From an uncultured virus (IMG/VR IMGVR_UViG_3300045284_000132) (taxonomy: Duplodnaviria; Heunggongvirae; Uroviricota; Caudoviricetes), in IMG/VR virus record IMGVR_UViG_3300045284_000132: 20,000 nucleotides of DNA; one strand, given 5' to 3'. The stretch's first letter is position 1. Each line of letters begins with the position of its first letter. Below the pieces are notes generated by a model, which saw nothing but the letters and a program-made list of their open reading frames with translations, was not told where the DNA came from and ran no database searches. Positions 14,574-20,000 of this stretch are shown here, piece by piece. A program made the translations under genes and the position numbers.

Positions 14574-14689
14574 AATTCACACACTGCTGGAACGGCGTTC
14601 CGGTCGTGTGAATAGCGGACCACCCCGAACCGCCGCCGCAAGGTGTACCCCAAGCGCGCCGAAACGCAGGGGGAGGGGGAATCTTGATC

Positions 14690-15274
14690 ATGCCCAGCAG
14701 GGTATTCGAGCGCGTCAAACCAGCGAGCGCTTATCAGCGCGTGAAGGATGAGGCGTACCCGACGCCGCCGTGGGTCGCGCGAGCCGTGCTGCAGTATATG
14801 CCCAAGGGCGAAGTGATTTGGGAACCGGCAGCGGGCGCTGGGCGACTTGTTCGAGCGATGCGCCGCGCCGGTCGCGAAGTGATCTCGACGCGCAGCGACT
14901 TCCTGAAGCGCAAAGCAATCCCGTATAACGCGACATCGATCGTGACCAATCCGCCCTATGGCAAAGGCGGGCGACTCGCTGTGGCCTTTATCGAGCACGC
15001 GCTGGCGCTGATGCACCGCAATCAATTCGACGCGGACATCACGATGGTCGCGATGCTGCTGCGGATCGATTTTGATTCCGCGCGTGGACGCGCGCATCTA
15101 TTTCGCGACTGCAAGGAGTGGTCGCGCAAGATCGTGCTGCTCGATCGCGTGCTCTGGTTTCCGAATGCCGATGGCGTGATGCCGTCCACGAATCATGCTT
15201 GGTTTATTTGGACGAAGTATCGGAGAACACCGCCAGTCATCTCATACGCGGGCAAGGACGATGCTGAGCGATAA
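14690..15274 (+). CDS. Solitary amino-(N6A/N4C) DNA methyltransferase
   Basis: YPTP (motif X), WEPAAGAG (motif I), DFL, IVTNPPY (motif IV). Confidence 0.85.
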   Translation: MPSRVFERVKPASAYQRVKDEAYPTPPWVARAVLQYMPKGEVIWEPAAGAGRLVRAMRRAGREVISTRSDFLKRKAIPYNATSIVTNPPYGKGGRLAVAFIEHALALMHRNQFDADITMVAMLLRIDFDSARGRAHLFRDCKEWSRKIVLLDRVLWFPNADGVMPSTNHAWFIWTKYRRTPPVISYAGKDDAER

Positions 15275-15560
15275 CATCCGGGCGGTGACGACGATGATCG
15301 GGCTGGCGCGCTACACGAACAAGCGCGGGCTGAAGGCGGCAGCGTACAAGGCGGCGGGGCTGTATCTCGAACGTTTGCGCCACGGGCGGACTAAGGACGA
15401 ATGGCTCGACATCGTGACGGTCAACTGCGGGCTGTCAGCGAGCCGCGCCTATGAGCTTGTGTCGATCGCCAAGGGCAAAAAGTCGATCGCCGAGACACGA
15501 AAGGCTACAGCGGCGCGGCGACGGAACCATTATGCAAGGAAACGGAAAGACTTAGGCTAG
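15261..15560 (+). CDS. DUF3102-like basic protein
   Basis: AGLYL...HG...W...V..NCGLS.SRAYEL..IA pattern; AAGGA RBS. Confidence 0.5.
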   Translation: MLSDNIRAVTTMIGLARYTNKRGLKAAAYKAAGLYLERLRHGRTKDEWLDIVTVNCGLSASRAYELVSIAKGKKSIAETRKATAARRRNHYARKRKDLG

Positions 15561-15588
15561 ATTGATCAGCTAATATTGATCAGCTAAT
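15561..15588. repeat. Perfect 14-bp tandem duplication ATTGATCAGCTAAT x2
   Basis: Copies at 15561-15574 and 15575-15588. Confidence 0.9.
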
Positions 15589-15649
15589 CAGGATTTGCTT
15601 GAATTCTAAGGCACTGATGTTCCTTGTGTTTTTATTGTAACGGACGGGG

Positions 15650-15940
15650 ATGAAAATGACCGATCGCCGCGTGCGAGTGATCACTGACACTGCGATCCCG
15701 CCGTCTCCTTGCTGCAACTGTGGCAGGCTGCTGGGCGCGGCGGCGAATACTGATGGGCACTATCCGCACGCTGGCGCGTACAGTCTCTGTTTGGATTGCG
15801 GGCACATCATGGTATTTGATGACGCGCTGCGCCTGCGCAATCCAACTGATCAGGAGCTAAGCAAGATCGCTGGCGATCGAAACCTGATCGAGATGCAGAA
15901 ATTCCGCGCGGGTTATCTGATCGATAAAGGACGGAAGTGA
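15650..15940 (+). CDS. Zinc-finger hypothetical protein
   Basis: CCNCG...CLDCG. Confidence 0.65.
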   Translation: MKMTDRRVRVITDTAIPPSPCCNCGRLLGAAANTDGHYPHAGAYSLCLDCGHIMVFDDALRLRNPTDQELSKIAGDRNLIEMQKFRAGYLIDKGRK

Positions 15941-16443
15941 TCATGCCCACCGTCGTGTTGCAGAAAGACTTATTCACCAAACGTTATCGCAAATCGACGG
16001 AAGCAACGAAGCTCGATCCAAGTGAATTGCAGATTCAGCAAGCTGTCGTCGCGCGTCTCAAGCTGCAGTGTCGATCGGACATCCTCTGGTATCACATACC
16101 GAACGGCGAGGCTGGTGATCTGTCGCGCGCAGCTTATGAAAGACTGGCACCGGGCAAGCTGGCAAACGATCTGATCAAACAGAAAATCTCAGTCGAGCAA
16201 GCGCGCGCGGGTGCCAAGCGTAATTCAATGGGCGTGCGCAAGGGCGTGGCCGATCTTGAATTCGTGTTCGCGATTCCACATCCGAATCTGTATCTGGAAT
16301 TGAAGTCGCGCGGACGTGGGCTGTCGCCGGATCAAAAACAATTCCGTGCTGACGTTCGAGCGCTGGGGCATTATTACGAGATGGCGGATACGATCGATGA
16401 GGCGGTGCGCGTTCTGAAATCATATCGTATAATTCCGGCTTAA
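15937..16443 (+). CDS. VRR-NUC domain nuclease (possible junction resolvase)
   Basis: SELQIQ...WYHIPNG...GVRKGVADL...LELKS..R.LSPDQKQF. Confidence 0.85.
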   Translation: MIMPTVVLQKDLFTKRYRKSTEATKLDPSELQIQQAVVARLKLQCRSDILWYHIPNGEAGDLSRAAYERLAPGKLANDLIKQKISVEQARAGAKRNSMGVRKGVADLEFVFAIPHPNLYLELKSRGRGLSPDQKQFRADVRALGHYYEMADTIDEAVRVLKSYRIIPA

Positions 16444-16463
16444 TCGATGGCGATAAAGGAGCC

Positions 16464-16565
16464 ATGATGCGAGAAGTGCTAGAAGTTCCACTTTCTCATT
16501 TTCTGTTATACGCATTCACGATGTTTATGCTCGGTACTTGGTTCGGCTGGGCGCTCGCACATTAA
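16464..16565 (+). CDS. Very small TM protein (33 aa, MMREVLEVPLSHFLLYAF...), not in ORF track
   Basis: AAGGAG RBS; hydrophobic; ends just before the next RBS. Confidence 0.5.
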   Translation: MMREVLEVPLSHFLLYAFTMFMLGTWFGWALAH

Positions 16566-16579
16566 AGGAGGGACTTCGA

Positions 16580-17116
16580 TTGGCACGACTGTACTGCAAC
16601 GGCACCTTGATCGTTGACGATTGGCAACCGTTGCAGGGAGTGCCCGCACCTGATTGGGTGCCGCCTGAGTGGCAAGGACCGCACGTGTTGACGCGCTACT
16701 CTGACGGGCTGCGCACGCTGTTCAAGCAACCGCTGGGTCGATGCTTGCCTAGCACCATGTCGAATTGCTGGCCCGCATATCGCAAAGAGTTTGATGACCT
16801 GATCGCGATGATCGGCGGCGAGGAATTTCAAGAGTACATGGCGGAACGCAATCGCTCGCGCGAGCTTCCGTCAGCGCGCGAGATTTCCGAAATGGATTTG
16901 GTTTTATCGTGGCCGGGAATGTATCTCGATCACGACGATCGCGATCACTGTCACAGCTTCCTATTGATCTGTCACGCGCGCGCGCTTGGCATTGATACTG
17001 ATGATCTGCTCGAAAAGCGCTCGCGACTATCGCCGCACGCAGCACGTCGGCTGGCTGAAGACTCTGCCGATCGGATTGCTGACGCGCTCAACGACGCGGA
17101 GGTTGCCACGTTCTGA
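16580..17116 (+). CDS. DUF6362-like alphaproteobacterial phage protein
   Basis: TTG start behind AAGGAGGG; W...V..R...L.TL...P...WP.Y..EF.DL...PS..EISEM...L.W pattern. Confidence 0.55.
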   Translation: MARLYCNGTLIVDDWQPLQGVPAPDWVPPEWQGPHVLTRYSDGLRTLFKQPLGRCLPSTMSNCWPAYRKEFDDLIAMIGGEEFQEYMAERNRSRELPSAREISEMDLVLSWPGMYLDHDDRDHCHSFLLICHARALGIDTDDLLEKRSRLSPHAARRLAEDSADRIADALNDAEVATF

Positions 17117-17117
17117 A

Positions 17118-17303
17118 ATGATCGATCTGAATTTCTATCCAGAACAACACATGAATGACCTTGTGGGGCTAACTGATGTTGAAGTGCCGCAGGGCTGGAC
17201 GCTGGGTCAATTGATTCGTGTAGCTCACGATGCCAAGCTCGATCTGTGGGCAGCGCTCAACGAAGTCGATGACGACGGCAACATCCGCGCAAGGTGGAAA
17301 TGA
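17118..17303 (+). CDS. Hypothetical protein (61 aa)
   Basis: Starts 1 nt after the previous stop; ATGA-coupled to the next gene. Confidence 0.55.
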   Translation: MIDLNFYPEQHMNDLVGLTDVEVPQGWTLGQLIRVAHDAKLDLWAALNEVDDDGNIRARWK

Positions 17304-17911
17304 TGGGATTTGAGCTAACCGATCTTGTGTTGACGTATGTGCAAGTGAAAAAACTTGCTGGCGTCTGCCTGCAGCACGGCGCTGGCCGGATGATCTTGTT
17401 GAATGCATCGATCAATCCGTTCGCTGATTTGCCGAAGCTCTATGAGCTTGAATGGATCGGCTGGTGCCGCGATTATGAAACTGCGCATCGACTATCTGAA
17501 GCGACGCGCATGCACTTTCGAGGAAATCCGATCATCATCTCAGCGAGCACTGATGAAGTGATCGAATTCATCATGAAGCACGCGATCGAAACCGGCATGA
17601 AAATCACGGCGCATGCTGACATGCTGACGAATGCGCGCGAGATGGTCGCCAAGATCAAGCAAGGACTGGCGCTGCTGCAGTCGCAGGGGCAACTGTCGGC
17701 ATTCAACGATGCCTACCGCGCTTGGCGTCTGCGCGAGTACGCGCGTGGGCGACGCGTGCCCGGTTATGAAACTCAATTAGCAGAATTGCGCATGTTGATT
17801 GCCGTGCTCGACAACGGTGATCTTCGTGTAGCGATGGCAGAAAAATTTCCGTGGCTGACTGAGCCGATGCCAGCGAAGCAAGGACCGAGAATAGTCGGTC
17901 AATCGCGATGA
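17300..17911 (+). CDS. Hypothetical protein (203 aa)
   Basis: Long ORF, coupled start. Confidence 0.7.
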   Translation: MMGFELTDLVLTYVQVKKLAGVCLQHGAGRMILLNASINPFADLPKLYELEWIGWCRDYETAHRLSEATRMHFRGNPIIISASTDEVIEFIMKHAIETGMKITAHADMLTNAREMVAKIKQGLALLQSQGQLSAFNDAYRAWRLREYARGRRVPGYETQLAELRMLIAVLDNGDLRVAMAEKFPWLTEPMPAKQGPRIVGQSR

Positions 17912-18144
17912 GGATGACGACTCATGTATGTGTGCAGCGGATCGCATGATGCGCATTCGGGCGCGCGCCCGTAGACTTTGCCGCAGCGCTCACAAGCAAA
18001 CCTCACACCGTGTACGCAGTCCTTGCAAAAACCTAATTGTATAAATCGCTGATTGCCGCAGCGTGAACATTTGTTGATGTGAAACAAGGTTTCGAGACTG
18101 CCGAGAAACGTTCCCGGCATTGCATCAGGTGTCCGCGTCGTCAT
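17899..18144 (-). CDS. Small double zinc-ribbon protein
   Basis: Four CxxC motifs (CSRC, CKDC, CERC, CASC) in 81 aa. Confidence 0.55.
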   Translation of the reverse strand: MTTRTPDAMPGTFLGSLETLFHINKCSRCGNQRFIQLGFCKDCVHGVRFACERCGKVYGRAPECASCDPLHTYMSRHPHRD

Positions 18145-18320
18145 CGTCGTGCCCAGCCGTGCCTTGAGTCGGTGAATGTTACCACCGACGTTTTCAAGTT
18201 AGGCTTGAAATCGTGACGGGTCAAGGATTGCGGGGACAAAATGTCCGGTGCGCTTGCGAATCGTCAGGTGTGCACCGTAGCGTGCCGATGTCCACGTATA
18301 GCAATGAAGGCTCACATGGA

Positions 18321-18524
18321 ATGGCCAAAAGCAAGCAGCAGCGACGTGGAGACGCTGATGCCTATTCGATCGATGAGTTTTGTGAGCGTAATGGAATCTC
18401 GCGGGCGTTCTTTACCACGCTGCGTTCGCGAGGATTGGCACCGCGCGTGATGAAAGTCGGCGGGCGCGTGCTGATCAGCAAAGAAGCTGCCGCCGAATGG
18501 CGACGCGATCGAGAGAATGACTGA
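18321..18524 (+). CDS. AlpA/excisionase-like winged-HTH protein
   Basis: AYSIDEFCERNGISRAFF..L...G.APR.MKVG.RVLIS.EAA.EW. Confidence 0.8.
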   Translation: MAKSKQQRRGDADAYSIDEFCERNGISRAFFTTLRSRGLAPRVMKVGGRVLISKEAAAEWRRDREND

Positions 18525-18534
18525 AGGAGTCCTC

Positions 18535-18580
18535 AAAAAAATCAACCGCCGTGGAAGCGGAGAGCAACCACGGCGGCGAT
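18535..18580 (-). terminator. Rho-independent terminator (minus strand)
   Basis: CCGCCGTGG(18546-18554)/CCACGGCGG(18568-18576) with A7 on the left. Confidence 0.7.
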
Positions 18581-18614
18581 CTTAACCTAGCAGCGCACTT
18601 GTGAGGGTACAGCG

Positions 18615-19028
18615 CTAGGCAAGCTCCGCTAATTGTTGTTCCTTGCGATCAAGCGCGGCTTGCAATTGCTCTTTCGCTTTCATCAGATCATTGATGAATG
18701 TTTCGAGTCCGACTAGTTGCTCGCGCATGTCTTCCATCTGCGCGGGATATGGCTGTTCCACTTCAACATAATCATCGATCGCAATCTCGACTCTTGCTTT
18801 GAACGCGATGTCACCGTGGCCGATGCCAATGAACGCCCTGACTTTGCTGTCATTAAAGTCAATCCAACATTGAGCGCCGGTCAATTGTTCGGTAACAAAC
18901 TCCTCCACCGCTGCGCATATTGTATCGGCATATAGTTGCTGCGTGATCACTTCCTGAATCGCGCGTTGCAGGTCCGCTTTGATGCTCTCAGTCAGCGCAT
19001 CGCTGAGCTTATCGGCTAGCTTGCTCAT
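18615..19028 (-). CDS. Hypothetical acidic protein
   Basis: Start MSKLADKL with GAGAG RBS; C-terminal coiled coil. Confidence 0.65.
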   Translation of the reverse strand: MSKLADKLSDALTESIKADLQRAIQEVITQQLYADTICAAVEEFVTEQLTGAQCWIDFNDSKVRAFIGIGHGDIAFKARVEIAIDDYVEVEQPYPAQMEDMREQLVGLETFINDLMKAKEQLQAALDRKEQQLAELA

Positions 19029-19038
19029 TCGATTTCTC

Positions 19039-19362
19039 TCAATGATTGAACCACAATAAGCTAAGACCGAAGGCACCGATCGCGATGATCAAGAGCATGA
19101 TCGCCGCACGGAATATCGTGGCCCGTCGTCGCCGACGCTCAAACGGCATTTCCTGCTGCCTCAGCATGTCATCGCTCATGTCGTCAATGTCGGCCATAGC
19201 TTGCAGCAAAAGCGTGAGCGGGTCCATCGGCGGCGGCGACTCCACTGGCGTAATTTCCGTGGCTGAATAGACTTTTGTGCCGTCGCTTGATGTTCGCCAA
19301 ACCGCGATGTCGCCGTTCGGCAGCGGTTCTATCAGATAGTGTAGCGGCGGATTGCTCACCAT
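19039..19362 (-). CDS. Hypothetical protein with C-terminal TM anchor
   Basis: Start MVSNPP; RRRRR followed by a hydrophobic tail. Confidence 0.55.
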   Translation of the reverse strand: MVSNPPLHYLIEPLPNGDIAVWRTSSDGTKVYSATEITPVESPPPMDPLTLLLQAMADIDDMSDDMLRQQEMPFERRRRRATIFRAAIMLLIIAIGAFGLSLLWFNH

Positions 19363-19457
19363 TTTCGATACCTGACGACGATCAACATCACGACGGCGCA
19401 CAGTGCGATCGCGTAACACACCGCAGCAATCGTGTACCAGTACGCGGCTTGACTCAT
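19356..19457 (-). CDS. Very small TM protein (33 aa, MSQAAYWYTIAAVCY...), not in ORF track
   Basis: ATGA-coupled to the upstream HTH gene; hydrophobic core then RYRK. Confidence 0.5.
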   Translation of the reverse strand: MSQAAYWYTIAAVCYAIALCAVVMLIVVRYRKW

Positions 19458-19729
19458 GACGCTTTGCCGTTCGGCTTGTGCTTGACCCACGTGCGCCGAA
19501 ACCCCAGCGCGCGCCCTGCCGCTTCGAGCGTCGCATTTTGCGGGCGCTTAGTAGCGCCAAAAAACCAGCCGCGCATACAGCTAACAGTCGGCCCGCCCTC
19601 TTTCTCGACATGCGCCAGCGCCTTGCCGTTGAGTTTGTTGATGCCGCCGTGCTCGCGCTGAATGATCGTGCGCAGCCGATCAATCTCGGGGTCTTTTTCG
19701 CGAAAATTGTAGGCTCGATAAAGTTTCAT
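19454..19729 (-). CDS. XRE-like HTH protein
   Basis: GGPTVSCMRGWFFGATKRPQNATLEAAGRALG resembles HTH helix 3 followed by P...TL....ALG. Confidence 0.6.
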   Translation of the reverse strand: MKLYRAYNFREKDPEIDRLRTIIQREHGGINKLNGKALAHVEKEGGPTVSCMRGWFFGATKRPQNATLEAAGRALGFRRTWVKHKPNGKAS

Positions 19730-20000
19730 TGCGCCCATTCTCCTAAGTCGCGTGCGAGTCGTTCGTTGATGTCAGGGAAATAGACACCGGTTGCATCAGC
19801 TATCAGCACAAAAAATTCATGCACAGAGTCGTGACGCTGCAGTGTCTTGATTGCCTCTATCCACTTGGGCAGATCGGCGCGTTCGCTTTCCGGCAAACTA
19901 ATGTTGACCGGAGTGACGACGTGAGTGAAATAGGCGATGAAGTTTTCGTCCTTGATGCTGCCACCTATCGCAACCCAAGTATCAATGACGAATCGCATGA
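19726..20000 (-). CDS. Hypothetical protein, possibly 5'-truncated
   Basis: ORF reaches the window edge; ATGA-coupled downstream. Confidence 0.5.
   Translation of the reverse strand, partial: MRFVIDTWVAIGGSIKDENFIAYFTHVVTPVNISLPESERADLPKWIEAIKTLQRHDSVHEFFVLIADATGVYFPDINERLARDLGEWAQ

Noticed and set aside
14342..15097. 251-aa minus-strand ORF and similar long antisense ORFs (1878..2603, 8536..9081)
   Set aside because: Antisense shadows of well-supported genes in GC-rich DNA.
14690..16443. Methyltransferase plus nuclease as a restriction-modification system
   Set aside because: The nuclease is VRR-NUC type and not adjacent; solitary methyltransferases are routine in phage early/nin regions.
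19363..19683. N-terminal half of the 214-aa ORF 19039..19683
   Set aside because: Overlaps the better-supported HTH and small TM genes; the true start is likely 19362.

Overview
Phage (or prophage) DNA, most likely infecting a Hyphomicrobiales/Rhizobiales-type alphaproteobacterium. The host call rests on an Omp25/RopB-type porin, a GapR-like protein, a DUF6362-like protein and a YdaS/Cro-like repressor. Left to right: (1) 3' end of a glycine-rich repeat virion/fibre-like gene; (2) a stand-alone Pro/Gly/Trp-repeat gene with its own terminator; (3) a lysis block with two different candidate peptidoglycan hydrolases and paralogous small membrane proteins; (4) an accessory region holding a basic protein with a nut-like leader, small membrane proteins, a PD-(D/E)xK nuclease, an outer-membrane beta-barrel and two or three structured non-coding segments with C-rich loops; (5) a leftward operon with YqaJ-type exonuclease and RecT; (6) a rightward operon with Cro-like, GapR-like, DNA methyltransferase, VRR-NUC and DUF6362-like genes; (7) an AlpA/Xis-like gene and a further leftward operon. 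No integrase, cI, replication initiator, tRNA or CRISPR array was recognised. The most interesting signals are the candidate C-loop structured RNAs (6336-6455, 9280-9430), the N-like/FtsZ-tail-like protein with its leader (5358-5907), the proline-rich repeat gene and the phage-borne porin. All family calls are by-eye motif recognition, not database searches.
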